DNA from: a virus
Lineage: Duplodnaviria; Caudoviricetes
Reading direction: 5' to 3' (one strand)
Virus record (IMG/VR): IMGVR_UViG_3300026302_000060
Location: 1 to 59,002 of that record
Length of the DNA: 59,002 nt
In this document: in pieces, positions 17,774-27,759 of the stretch
Layout of the letters: each line of letters opens with the position of its first letter
How positions within the stretch are numbered: the stretch's first letter is position 1
Translations under genes and position numbers: made by a program
The notes under the pieces: generated by a model
Told to the model about the DNA's origin: nothing
The model's database searches: none
Seen by the model: the letters and a program-made list of their open reading frames with translations, nothing else

Positions 17774-19516
17774 TGCGCTACCTTTCCATCTGTTCGGGCA
17801 TCGAGGCGGCTACCGTTGCGTGGCACCCGTTAGGGTGGTCGCCGGTCGGTTTTGCCGAAATCGAGGCGTTCCCCTCTGCCGTGCTGGCCGAGCGCTACGG
17901 CAGCAACATGCCGGGTGAGCCACTCGCTTCCAATGGCGTGCCCAACCATGGCGACTTCACTGCGTTGATCGATAATCCCCCGGATTGCGATCTGCTGGTT
18001 GGTGGAACGCCCTGCCAGGCCTTTTCCATAGCAGGCCTGCGAAAGTCCCTTTCCGACGATCGCGGCAACCTGACCCTGCAATTCGTGAGGCTCGCACATG
18101 CAATCGGATCTCTTCGCTGGGCTGTCTGGGAGAATGTTCCCGGCGTCCTCTCGACCGAAGACAACGCTTTCGGCTGTTTCCTGGGCGGGCTTGTCGGGGC
18201 AGATGATGCCCTCATTCCGTGCGAGCCTCCGCCGCGCGGAAAATCAAACACCTACTGGCGGTGGCGGGACGCTGGACGATGGCCCGTCCTCGATGACGAT
18301 GGCGCCCCGACCGGAGAGTTCGTCGAGCGGGCCGAAGGGCATGTCGTCCGATGGCCTGACGCGGGTATGGTTGCCGGGCCTCGGGCACGGCTCGCATGGC
18401 GGATTCTCGACGCTCAACATTTCGGACTCGCCCAACGACGCCGTCGCGTGTTCGTTATCGCAAGTATTGGAGGGGGGGGGCGATCCCGCCGCGGTTCTTT
18501 TTGAGCCGCGCGGCCTGCACGGGGATTTTGCGCCGGGCGGCGAAGCGCGGGAGATTGTTGCCGCCCTTACTGCAAACGGCGTTGGAACATGCGGCGCAGA
18601 TGACAACCAAGGCCAAGCCGGCCATCTGATCGCCTCGACCGGAAGGTTATCGCATTGCCTCAATGCTGGCGGCATGGGGCGACAGGATTTCGAGACGGAA
18701 ACACTGATCGCGCATACTCTTCGCGGTGAGGGCTTTGATGCATCGGAAGACGGAACGGGTCGCGGCACCCCGCTTGTTCCGGTTTACGCCATTCAGGAGC
18801 GGGCGGTTTCAGAAAATCCTGATGCTGGCCCGCAGGGAGCGGGGTTCCGGGAGGATGTCGCCTACACACTGGAGGCTCGCCACCATGTGCAGGCGATTGC
18901 CTTTCCGGCCAACCTTTCCAGCACGCAATGCGCATCGACCGAAGATGTCAGCCCCGCTTTGGGAGCCAAGAACCCCACGGCTGTTGCCTTTGCTCTGCGC
19001 GGGCGGGAAGGTGGTGCGCAGGGGGAGGTGTCCGGTGATGTATCCGGGCCGCTCCGGGCCGCGAACGGCGGGTCAAGCCGGGACTACATTGCTTTCGCTG
19101 AAAACCAGCGGAATGAGCTGCGCGCGTTGGAGAGAGCAGGTTCTCTTTCATCGATCAGGCGTGGCGATGCGAAGAATGAAACGCTGATCGCATTCAATTC
19201 CAAAGACCATGGTGCAGATGCGGGCGGCATTTCGCCTACCCTGCGCGCAGGCGGCCATTCTTCGAGCCATGCCAATGCCGGCGTCCCGCCAGCGGTCGCG
19301 GGAGCAGGATCTGTCCGGCGGTTGACGCCGCGCGAGTGCGAGCGGCTGCAAGGATTCCCCGATGATTACACCGCGGTTTCATGGCGCGGAAAAAACGCAG
19401 AGGTCTGCCCTGATGGCCCGCGTTACAAGGCGCTTGGCAATTCCATGGCCGTTCCCGTGATGCGGTGGATCGGCGCGCGCATCCAGCAACATGAATTGGA
19501 GCGCCGCGATGGATGA
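17773..19516 (+). pseudogene. C5-cytosine DNA methyltransferase, out of frame at G9 tract 18472-18480
   Basis: Motifs I (SICSGIE), IV (GGTPCQ), VI (WENVPG), VIII (QRRRRVF) upstream; IX (RRLTPRECERLQGFP) and X (GNSMAVPV) downstream in next frame; G8 fuses them. Confidence 0.85.
18098..18629 (+). CDS. Nested alternative-frame ORF inside C5-MTase (beta-polypeptide-like), continuous only with G8
   Basis: MQSDLF..STLNISDSPNDAVACSLSQVLE joins GAIPPRFFLSRAACTGILRRAAKRGRLLPPLLQTALE on the same one-G deletion. Confidence 0.6.
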
Positions 19517-21395
19517 TCCGCGCCCCCTCGATGACGTGCTCGCCGATGCTCTGCGGGTTCCCGTATCCCCTGTTGATGATGATCGGCAGGAAGGGAGTGA
19601 GGACGCCCGCTCCGAGAGCGATTACGGCGGCGATGGCTATGATGAACCGCCCCGCGGTGGTGGTGAGCCTGAAAAGCCGGACCCCGTGCTGATGCGCTGC
19701 GCTGCCGAAGCGCAGAACGACACCGGGAATTCGCGCCGTTTTCGCCAGCGTTATGGCGATATGGCCGGTCTTGAGCGCCGTGTGGTGCATGTGCAGAACA
19801 TCGGCTGGTATTGCTGGGATGAAAAGCGCTGGAAAGAGGATATCGACGCGCAGGGCGTGCGCCCGCTGGCGCAGCGCACCGCCGAACTCATTGCGCATGA
19901 GGCCAAGCTGATCCAGCCGAGCGAAGCTGAAGCGGAAGCGCTGGAAGCCGGTGTCAATGCCGAGATCGAGCTGGATGCGCTGGAAGCCGATATGCTCGCG
20001 CTGGAGGAAGAGGCTGAAGACGGCGAAAAGCCGGACCGGAAGAAGAAGGTGGCGCTGGGGCAGAAGATTGCCGGCGCAAAACGCATCATCGCCACGGCCC
20101 AGCGGGTGGAAAAGAGAATCCAGTCCCGCCGCACCGACCGGCGGCGCCACGGGAATTCTTCCGGTAACAAGGGCAAGCTCGACGGGATGCTCAACGAGGC
20201 GGTGCCCTACCTTTCCCGCGCGATCCGGCAGTTCGACACGGCGGAACTCGATCTCAATGTCGAGAACGGCACGCTGTTTCTCAGGGTCGATGTGCGTGAG
20301 GTGCTGGATCTGGACTGCCCGGACCCCGATGTGGTGCGGACGGTGACCGAGCGCCATGTGCGTACAGGTATTCGCCCCCATGCCCGCGAGGACTGGAACA
20401 CGAAGCTTGCACCGGTTTTCTGGTGCCCGGAGGCGAAAGCGCCTGTCTTCGAGGCGTTCCTCGCCCGCATCATGCCGAATGCGAACCTGCGCGCCTACCT
20501 GCAGCGTTTTTTCGGCTACTGCCTGACGCGTCGCACCTCGGAGCAGATGTTCTGCATCTTCCATGGCGCGGGCCGGAACGGCAAATCGACGCTGGTCGAT
20601 ATCATCGCCCGCGTGCTTGACGATTACGCGACCACGGTGCCCGTGGCCTCGCTGATGGCGGAGAACGCCCGCAAGGCGCAGGATGCTACCCCCGACCTCA
20701 ACCGCCTGCCCGGCGCCCGTTTCGTGCGCACCTCCGAACCAAAAGAGGGGCTGGCGATCAACGAGGGGCTGGTGAAAGAGCTGACCGGCGGCGAGCCGAT
20801 CAACCTGCGCAGGCTCAACCAGGAGAGCATCGAGGTTTACCCCGAGTTCAAGCTGGTGATCTCGTGCAATTCCAAGCCTCGCATCCTCGGCAACGACGAT
20901 GGCATCTGGCGCCGCATCGCGCTGGTGCCGTTTGATGTCCAGATTCCCAAGGACGAGGTGGACAAGGCCCTGCCCGACAAGCTCTGGGCCGAACGGTCCG
21001 GCATCCTGCAATGGATGGTGGACGGGTGCCGCGCCTATCTCGAAGCCGGGGGCCTCGCGCCGCCGAAAGAAATCATCGAGGCGACCGAGGAATACCGGCT
21101 CGCGGAAGACCCGGTCGGCAAGTTCATCATGGCTGCGCTCGATGTGACCCGGAACCCGGATGACATCATTGAAAGCGGGCGGCTCTACGAGGGCTACATC
21201 GCATGGGCCAAGCGCGCTTCCGAGCCGCTGCTCGGTGCTGCGACCTTCGCGCGCAAGATGCCGAAGGCTGCGGAGGCGCATGGCTTCCTCAAGGGCAAAT
21301 CATCCGTCTCGATCTATCAGGGCGTGCAGTTCAAGGGCGGCTTCGCCCCGCCCGCCGAGCCCTCACACACCCGCTATGGCGATCACCGCGCATAG
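19509..21395 (+). CDS. P4/D5-family primase-helicase (SF3 helicase)
   Basis: D5-N region (LNVENGTL), Walker A GAGRNGKS, RFVRTSE, KELTGGE, DDGIWRR. Confidence 0.9.
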   Translation: MDDPRPLDDVLADALRVPVSPVDDDRQEGSEDARSESDYGGDGYDEPPRGGGEPEKPDPVLMRCAAEAQNDTGNSRRFRQRYGDMAGLERRVVHVQNIGWYCWDEKRWKEDIDAQGVRPLAQRTAELIAHEAKLIQPSEAEAEALEAGVNAEIELDALEADMLALEEEAEDGEKPDRKKKVALGQKIAGAKRIIATAQRVEKRIQSRRTDRRRHGNSSGNKGKLDGMLNEAVPYLSRAIRQFDTAELDLNVENGTLFLRVDVREVLDLDCPDPDVVRTVTERHVRTGIRPHAREDWNTKLAPVFWCPEAKAPVFEAFLARIMPNANLRAYLQRFFGYCLTRRTSEQMFCIFHGAGRNGKSTLVDIIARVLDDYATTVPVASLMAENARKAQDATPDLNRLPGARFVRTSEPKEGLAINEGLVKELTGGEPINLRRLNQESIEVYPEFKLVISCNSKPRILGNDDGIWRRIALVPFDVQIPKDEVDKALPDKLWAERSGILQWMVDGCRAYLEAGGLAPPKEIIEATEEYRLAEDPVGKFIMAALDVTRNPDDIIESGRLYEGYIAWAKRASEPLLGAATFARKMPKAAEAHGFLKGKSSVSIYQGVQFKGGFAPPAEPSHTRYGDHRA

Positions 21396-21410
21396 GGAGC
21401 CTCGTTTTAC

Positions 21411-21735
21411 GGGAGGCTAGGGAGGCTGGGGAGGCAAGCGCTTCCGGCCTCATTCTGAAACGGGGTGTAAGGGGATCAATGGGTTAGCTGGCCCCGTGGG
21501 AGGCTAGGGAAGCTAGGGAGGCAGTTTCAGGGGTCCGCGCGTGAGCGTGTTTTTTGAAGCGTTTGGTTTTGTGAAAAATCAGGTGAATTCAAGTCCATGC
21601 GTAAGGTGAGAAAATGCCTCCCTAGCTTCCCTAGCTTCCCAACACTGAAAATAACGCAATGAAATCAATTGTTTTGAAATTCGAAAATCAGGGAAGGTAG
21701 CGGGAGTTCATCCTCCCTTGCCTCCCTTGCCTCCC
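21411..21735. repeat. Iteron array, putative phage replication origin
   Basis: Two triplets of GGGAGGCTA-like 9-mers facing two inverted triplets across an AT-rich core. Confidence 0.8.
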
Positions 21736-21758
21736 AAAGCAACCGAAAGGGCAGTGAA

Positions 21759-22550
21759 ATGCGAATGACCATCGAAAAAGCACTGGAATGGGCCTACCGG
21801 GAGGAGTTGCCGCGCGAGGAGCCGGATTGGCTCGCGGTGGCCGGACTGGAAGCTTCCGCGATTGGCATGGCGGATGCCTCCGGCCCGATGCAACGTTTTC
21901 TCGCCAACCCCTCCCAAGCGATCAACGCGCCGCTCAACCGTTGGGGTGTCGTCGGAGTGCGGCTCATGTTTGAGCGCGGCCCGCACCCCGACGCACTTCT
22001 GATTGGGCGGGCGGTCGAGACGCTGTGTTCCGAGGCGGTGACGCTCGCCGGGCCAGCACCAGAACCCGACGGCGATACGTTCGGAGCCGAAGCATTGTGG
22101 GCGGACGCCTATGCCAGAGCATCTGCCCGCCTGCCGCGCTGCCTGCGCGATGTGATCATCCGTCGCGCCCTCGCCGGGGATATGCAGCAGTGGGAGGAAG
22201 AGGCGGTGAGCCGTGTCGCGATCACTCATGAAAACGGGCGACCGCGCTGGTATCGTCTGGTGGAGCGCGAAGCCGTGACGCGCGACGGGCGCAAGACAGG
22301 TGAGGTGGAACGGGCGGAGATGATCGTCGATGTCCGCCGCGAACCGGGGCGGCGCCCCGGAAAAGATTGCTACCAGAAATACCGGCTGGAGCCGGACCCT
22401 ATCTGGATGATTGAAGCGCGAGCGGTTTATACGGCTTGGCGCGCCGCACTGGATTTGCTCCACGCCGAACTTGAGGGCCAGACGACGCGCGTAATCCTGA
22501 TGCCCGCACAAAGCCCGTGGGAGCCGTGGCAGCAGCCCGAGGCGGCATGA
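21759..22550 (+). CDS. Hypothetical protein in late-regulator (Q-like) position
   Basis: Last early gene, followed by a promoter-terminator pair. Confidence 0.55.
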   Translation: MRMTIEKALEWAYREELPREEPDWLAVAGLEASAIGMADASGPMQRFLANPSQAINAPLNRWGVVGVRLMFERGPHPDALLIGRAVETLCSEAVTLAGPAPEPDGDTFGAEALWADAYARASARLPRCLRDVIIRRALAGDMQQWEEEAVSRVAITHENGRPRWYRLVEREAVTRDGRKTGEVERAEMIVDVRREPGRRPGKDCYQKYRLEPDPIWMIEARAVYTAWRAALDLLHAELEGQTTRVILMPAQSPWEPWQQPEAA

Positions 22551-22574
22551 TTTGAAAAAAATCATTCAACTCTA

Positions 22575-22680
22575 TTGACATGCGACAGCACATTGACCTA
22601 GGCTTCATTCATCCCGATTTATGCCTAAATGCAGGCTATAAGAAACGCCCCTGTGGAGATACAGCGGGCGTTTTTGTTTT
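22575..22680 (+). promoter_or_regulatory. Late promoter plus leader terminator (pR'/tR'-like)
   Basis: TTGACA at 22575; hairpin AAACGCCC-CTGT..ACAG-CGGGCGTTTTT at 22643-22680. Confidence 0.65.
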
Positions 22681-22690
22681 TGGCAGGGCA

Positions 22691-23278
22691 ATGGCAACCG
22701 TCACCATCAGCTTCGCGGATCAGATCCTCGCCCGTTACGGGCAGCAGATCGCGGCAGCAGGCAACGGCGGTGCCCGCAAGGCACTCTCCAGAGCGCTTCG
22801 GCACACGGGGCGCAAAGCCAAGACGCAGGTTGCCCGTGCGCTGGTCGGACAGACCGGCCTGAAATACGGCACGCTGCACAAGGCGGTGCGTGAGATCAAC
22901 ATCGGGGCGAATGCGCTCTCGTATGAACTCATGGCGCGCGGCGGCAACGTCCGGCTCAAGTATTTCAAGGCGCGGGAAACGCGCCCCGGTGTCAGCGCCG
23001 CGCCGTGGAACAAGCGGAAGGTGTTCACCGGAACGTTCATGAAGGCGGGCTGGTGGCACAGCGGTCGCGTCGATAAGCCGAACTGGAATGGTCAGGTGTT
23101 TCGCCGTGCTGGTGGAACAACCAAGAACGGAAAAGCCAAGTTCGAGGTTGTGCGCTCCGGTCTCTACATCCCTGACGAGATGTTGTCGGGCGCAAGCCTC
23201 GCGTCGTGGCACAGCCTCTTGCAAACCGATCTCCTTCCGCGCGTCGGGCACGAGCTGCTGCGCATTCTTCCGCGCTGA
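22691..23278 (+). CDS. Phage minor tail protein (lambda gpZ-like)
   Basis: Basic; ALSRALRHTGRKAKTQV..QTGLK..LKYFKARET. Confidence 0.6.
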   Translation: MATVTISFADQILARYGQQIAAAGNGGARKALSRALRHTGRKAKTQVARALVGQTGLKYGTLHKAVREINIGANALSYELMARGGNVRLKYFKARETRPGVSAAPWNKRKVFTGTFMKAGWWHSGRVDKPNWNGQVFRRAGGTTKNGKAKFEVVRSGLYIPDEMLSGASLASWHSLLQTDLLPRVGHELLRILPR

Positions 23279-23303
23279 CCGGCGCGGGGTGGGGGTGGCT
23301 ATC

Positions 23304-23344
23304 GGGTCCTTCCCGGCCCCTCCCCCTCTCGCGGGCGGTAAGGC
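23304..23344 (+). other. Putative cos site
   Basis: GGGTCCT (matches lambda cosQ) then 22 nt then GGGCGGTAAGGC (cf. lambda cosN GGGCGGCGACCT), just upstream of terminase small subunit. Confidence 0.6.
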
Positions 23345-23382
23345 CCCGAAATCCTGCCAGTAATGCAGTCTGAAAATCAGGG

Positions 23383-23979
23383 TTGACCACGTTGACAACT
23401 CCCGCAACCCCGGTTGACGCCCCGCCCCGTGCGGTGATGTGGACCGTTTCGCAGGTTGCCGAGAGGGACAGGGTTTCGCGGCAGGCGGTATCGAAGCATG
23501 TCCGTCGGCTGGCGGACGAGCACGGCCTTTCGGTCGAGCGCGATCAGCAGGGTCGGATCACCTCGCTGAACGTCGCGCATTACGACAGCCTTCGCGGACG
23601 CTATGCCGACCCCTCGAAGGCTCAGGTGCAAACGCCGCGGCTCGCCGTCGAGCCGAACGAAAGTTACGACGAGGCACTTCGCCAGAAGACATGGCTTGAG
23701 GCCGAACGCCGGCGGATCGAGCTTGAGGCGCTGAAGAAGAACCTCATCGAGGTTGATCGCGTCGTCGATGCGCTCGGCGTCGCAGCGGATGAAATCCGTC
23801 GCGTTCTCGGGCGCCTTCCGAATCTGGCGGATGACCTTGCCGCCGCTGTGACGCGGGATGGCATCCACGGCCTGCGCGTTGCGTTGGGCCAGCACGGCAC
23901 CCGCCTTGGTGATGAGGTTGCCGATGCACTGGCGCAAGCTGTTCGCAGGGACAAGGGGGAGCCGACAGAAGACCGTTAG
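23383..23979 (+). CDS. Terminase small subunit (Nu1-like)
   Basis: N-terminal wHTH (VSQVAERDRVSRQAVSK), coiled coil, precedes large subunit. Confidence 0.75.
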   Translation: MTTLTTPATPVDAPPRAVMWTVSQVAERDRVSRQAVSKHVRRLADEHGLSVERDQQGRITSLNVAHYDSLRGRYADPSKAQVQTPRLAVEPNESYDEALRQKTWLEAERRRIELEALKKNLIEVDRVVDALGVAADEIRRVLGRLPNLADDLAAAVTRDGIHGLRVALGQHGTRLGDEVADALAQAVRRDKGEPTEDR

Positions 23980-23987
23980 GGGACGAT

Positions 23988-26003
23988 ATGGCCGAGCATC
24001 CAGATGCGCTTGATCTGGTCTGCTCGTTCCTGTCGCGACGGGTGCGCCCCGCGCGTCCTGTTCCGCTGTCCCGATGGCTGGCAGAGAACCTCGAACTGGT
24101 CGATGGCCCCGCAGCCGGGGAGCTCTGGTCGGCGGAGGGCGCCCCCTATCTTGTCGAGATCGCGGATTGCCTGGGCGACAATCACCCGTGCAATCTGGTC
24201 ACGGTGCGCAAGAGCCAGCAGACCGGCGCCTCCATTCTGGCGCTCGGATGGGTGCTCTATGTCGCCGAACGCGAGCCTGCGAACCTGCTTTACGGTGTTC
24301 CGGGGCTTGATGCCCTGCGCGACCTGAACTCGGGCAAGCTGCAGCCGCTGATCGATGCCTGGCAGAAGCGCAACGGTCGGACTGTGATCCAGCCGCAGAC
24401 AAGCCGCTCGGGCACAGGATCGACGACATACGAGAAGGTCTTCCCAGGCGGGCGGGTCTGGCTCGCCAACGCGAACACCGTGATGGACCTCTCGTCGAAG
24501 ACGGCCAAAAAAGGCGTCAAGGACGAGCTTTCGAAGTGGCAGGACATTCCGGGCTTCGGCGACCCCGAAACCCTGTATTTCGGGCGATTCACGGCCTTTC
24601 GTCGCACAAAGAACTACAAGATTCTGGAAATCTCGACGCCGGAAATCGACTCCGGGGCCGACCCGGAAGAGGCTGAGGGTCATTGCCGGATCGACCGCTC
24701 CTTCCGCAAGTCGGATCAGCGGTTCTTCCATATCGCCTGCCCGGAATGCGGTGGTCTTTTCTATCACCGCCCGGAGCAGTTCCGCCCCGATTTCGAGCAG
24801 CCCTCGCGCTCCTACTATGAATGTGATCATTGCGGTCACGCTGTTTCGGAGAGCGAGCGGGTGCTCGCGCTGCGCTCGACCGGACGCTGGATCGCCACTG
24901 CCGAGGGGCCGGACAGGCACCCCGGTTTTCACATCGATGCGTTCATCTCGCTGATGATGTCCTATGAGGCCATCGCCGAGGATGCCCGCAAATCGCAGAA
25001 GACCGAGAAGGCGCGCAAGGATTATCACAACCTCGTTTTGGGGTTGCCCTACCAGTATCGCGGCGATGCACCGGACCACGTCCGGCTCATGGAGCGCCGC
25101 GAGGAATGGCTGAAGCGGGGACACATCCCCCCGCGCGGCCTGATCCTCGTGGCGTCAGCCGATATCCAGATGCGCGGCATCTGGGTCGAGATCAGGGCCT
25201 TCGCCTCGAACGGCGAGAGCTTCGTCATCGACGCCTTCTATCTCGACGGCGAGACCGACAGTCCCCGCGCGCCGGTCTTCGATTCTCTCCGCAAGGAGGT
25301 TCTGGATCGGGAATTCCCGGATGCTTTCGGCCGCAAGCGCAAGGTTGATGCGCTGGGGGTCGATTCTGGATACCGGTCGCACATTGTCTATGCCTGGGTG
25401 CGCGCCGCGCAGCGCCTCCACCCGGATACGGGCCGGGATGTGATCCTCGCGCTCGACGGGCGGGACGGCTGGTCGCATCCGGCGATCGGTGTTCCGAAGC
25501 TGGTCGATATCGACCTCGACGGCGCCAGAGTAAAGCAGGGCGCGAAGATCTGGCCGGTCGGCACATGGCCGCTCAAGAGCCAGTTCTATTCAAACCTGCG
25601 GAAGGATGGCATTCGCTCGGGTGCTCAGGAAGACCCGCCGGGTTATTGCCATTTCCCGCTCTGGCTTGATGAAAACTACTTCAGGCAGATAACGGCCGAG
25701 CATCTGGAAGACGTGATCGTCCGCGGCAAGATCGCGGGCCGGAAATGGGCGAAGACCGGGGAAAATCACTTCCTCGACTGCGTCGTTTACAATTACGCGC
25801 TCGCCGATCACCTCGGTCTCTGGACGATGACCGAGGATGATTGGGCGTTCCTCGCCAAACGTCGCGGCGCTCCCGAGGCTGCGCCTCCCGATCTCTTTAC
25901 CCATGCAGGTTCAGTGCCTGCGCAGGAAACCCCCTCCATCCCGGAGCCGCCCGACGAACCGTCTGGTTGGCTCAAGGCTCCCTCGAACTGGTTGAGACGA
26001 TGA
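23988..26003 (+). CDS. Terminase large subunit (GpA family)
   Basis: KSQQTGAS, DE, ISTP, CPECG..CDHCG, DSGY, NHFLDC. Confidence 0.92.
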   Translation: MAEHPDALDLVCSFLSRRVRPARPVPLSRWLAENLELVDGPAAGELWSAEGAPYLVEIADCLGDNHPCNLVTVRKSQQTGASILALGWVLYVAEREPANLLYGVPGLDALRDLNSGKLQPLIDAWQKRNGRTVIQPQTSRSGTGSTTYEKVFPGGRVWLANANTVMDLSSKTAKKGVKDELSKWQDIPGFGDPETLYFGRFTAFRRTKNYKILEISTPEIDSGADPEEAEGHCRIDRSFRKSDQRFFHIACPECGGLFYHRPEQFRPDFEQPSRSYYECDHCGHAVSESERVLALRSTGRWIATAEGPDRHPGFHIDAFISLMMSYEAIAEDARKSQKTEKARKDYHNLVLGLPYQYRGDAPDHVRLMERREEWLKRGHIPPRGLILVASADIQMRGIWVEIRAFASNGESFVIDAFYLDGETDSPRAPVFDSLRKEVLDREFPDAFGRKRKVDALGVDSGYRSHIVYAWVRAAQRLHPDTGRDVILALDGRDGWSHPAIGVPKLVDIDLDGARVKQGAKIWPVGTWPLKSQFYSNLRKDGIRSGAQEDPPGYCHFPLWLDENYFRQITAEHLEDVIVRGKIAGRKWAKTGENHFLDCVVYNYALADHLGLWTMTEDDWAFLAKRRGAPEAAPPDLFTHAGSVPAQETPSIPEPPDEPSGWLKAPSNWLRR

Positions 26004-26224
26004 CCCGGACGATTGCCGAGATCGATGCCGATATCGCGGCCATTCGTGCCGTCATGGGCTCAGGCGCGAAAGTGGTGCGTTTCGCGGACGGGCGCATGGT
26101 CGAATACCATGCGCAGAAGGATCAGGAGCGGGCCATTGCCTATCTTCAGGATGAGCGGCTCCTTGCTGCGGGCGATGCACCTGTGACAGCGGTTGTCGGC
26201 CGTTACCGGTCAGGTCTGGTCTGA
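26000..26224 (+). CDS. Head-tail joining protein (gpW-like)
   Basis: SGAKVVRFADGRMVEY between terminase and portal. Confidence 0.75.
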   Translation: MTRTIAEIDADIAAIRAVMGSGAKVVRFADGRMVEYHAQKDQERAIAYLQDERLLAAGDAPVTAVVGRYRSGLV

Positions 26225-27759
26225 TGGCTGCGCCTCTGGGGTTGTTCGACCGTGTGCTGGGTGCGGTATCTCCCGGCGCGCTGGCGCGTCGTATCGAGGC
26301 CCGCGTCCGTGTGCGGGCGATGACGGAAGCTCTCGGCGCTTACGATGGTGCCTCGGGCGGCTGGCGCACCGCCGGGCGCTCGGTCTCCCGCGCGGATGCC
26401 AATGCCGAGATCAAGGTCTCGCTGCCCCGCCTGCGGGATGTCTGCTCCGATCTGGTGCGCAACAACCCCTATGCCGCGCGTGCAGTCGGCTCTCGTGTGA
26501 CCAACACAGTCGGCGCGGGCATTGTGCCAAGCATCATCTCCACCTCCAAGCGGGCCAAGTCCCAGGTGGCGGAGATGATCAAGGAACACCTTGAATCGAC
26601 CGCCATTGATTTCGATGGCAACACCAACCTCTACGGCCTGGAGGCATTGGCGGAGCGCGCCCGGTCAGAGCGCGGTGAATCAATCATTCTTCGCCATATC
26701 CCGAAATCTGCGGAGATGCTGGAAAAGGGCCTCAAGATCCCGCTCCAGCTTCGTGTGCTCGAAGGGGATTATCTTGACCACCGCAAACACGGTTGGAGCG
26801 GTGATCACTTCATTTTCATGGGCGTCGAATTCAACGGGGAAGGAACCCGTGTCGCCTATTGGTTGTTCGACCAGCATCCGAACAGCGTCGAGCGCCACCG
26901 GCGCGGTGCCATGGTCTCCCGCCGTGTTCCGGCCTCGGAGGTCATTCATTATTACCATGTGCTGCGTCCCGGCCAGGTGCGCGGCATCCCGGATGGCACA
27001 CCGGTCATCATGACCGCATGGGACCTCGCCGAATACGAGGATGCCCGGCTGATGCGCGAGAAGATCGCGGCCTGCTTCTCGATGTTCTGGACGCGGGGCA
27101 GCACCTCGACCACGATGGTGGATGGCGCGCGCGCCAAGGACCGCGCGGGTGATTTCACCATCACCGATCTTGCACCGGGCCTGATCAAGGAGCTGCCGGC
27201 CGGTTCCACCGTGACCTTCGGCCAGCCGCCGGCCACGCAAGGGCACGCCGAATATATTTCGGCGACCGTGCGTCGGATCGCTATCGGTTATGACCTTTCA
27301 TATGAGGAGGTTTCCGGTGATCTGACGAATGTCAGCTTTCTCTCCGGCCGCCTCGGCGAAATACACCTCTCCCGCCGTGTCGATCAATGGCAGTGGCATT
27401 GGATGATTCCGAAGGTCTGCCACGGAATCGGGGGCTGGTTCGTGCAGGCCGTGAGTCTCGTGCGCCCGCTGCCGCCCTTCTCGCTGGATTGGACCCCACC
27501 CCGGCGCGAGATGCTCTCGCCGAAGGACGAGATCCCCGCCATGCGCGATGCCATCCGCTCGGGCCTTCTTTCGCGACAGGAAGCGGTTCGCCGGCTGGGG
27601 GATGACCCGACCCGCACCGACGACGAGATCGCCGAGGACAATGCCCGCAGCGATGCGCTCGGCAACCAGTATGACAGCGACGGCCGCCGCCCGCGCCAGG
27701 GGCCGACGATGTCACTGGTGGACCCTGCTGACCCTGCAAAACAGGATGCCCAACCATGA
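26224..27759 (+). CDS. Portal protein, lambda family
   Basis: DLVRNNPYA, GVEF, RPGQVRG.P, YEEVSGD. Confidence 0.92.
   Translation: MAAPLGLFDRVLGAVSPGALARRIEARVRVRAMTEALGAYDGASGGWRTAGRSVSRADANAEIKVSLPRLRDVCSDLVRNNPYAARAVGSRVTNTVGAGIVPSIISTSKRAKSQVAEMIKEHLESTAIDFDGNTNLYGLEALAERARSERGESIILRHIPKSAEMLEKGLKIPLQLRVLEGDYLDHRKHGWSGDHFIFMGVEFNGEGTRVAYWLFDQHPNSVERHRRGAMVSRRVPASEVIHYYHVLRPGQVRGIPDGTPVIMTAWDLAEYEDARLMREKIAACFSMFWTRGSTSTTMVDGARAKDRAGDFTITDLAPGLIKELPAGSTVTFGQPPATQGHAEYISATVRRIAIGYDLSYEEVSGDLTNVSFLSGRLGEIHLSRRVDQWQWHWMIPKVCHGIGGWFVQAVSLVRPLPPFSLDWTPPRREMLSPKDEIPAMRDAIRSGLLSRQEAVRRLGDDPTRTDDEIAEDNARSDALGNQYDSDGRRPRQGPTMSLVDPADPAKQDAQP

Noticed and set aside
15545-21281. Long minus-strand ORFs 15545-17683 and 19236-21281
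   Set aside because: Shadows of prim-pol, MTase and helicase genes, which carry the recognisable motifs
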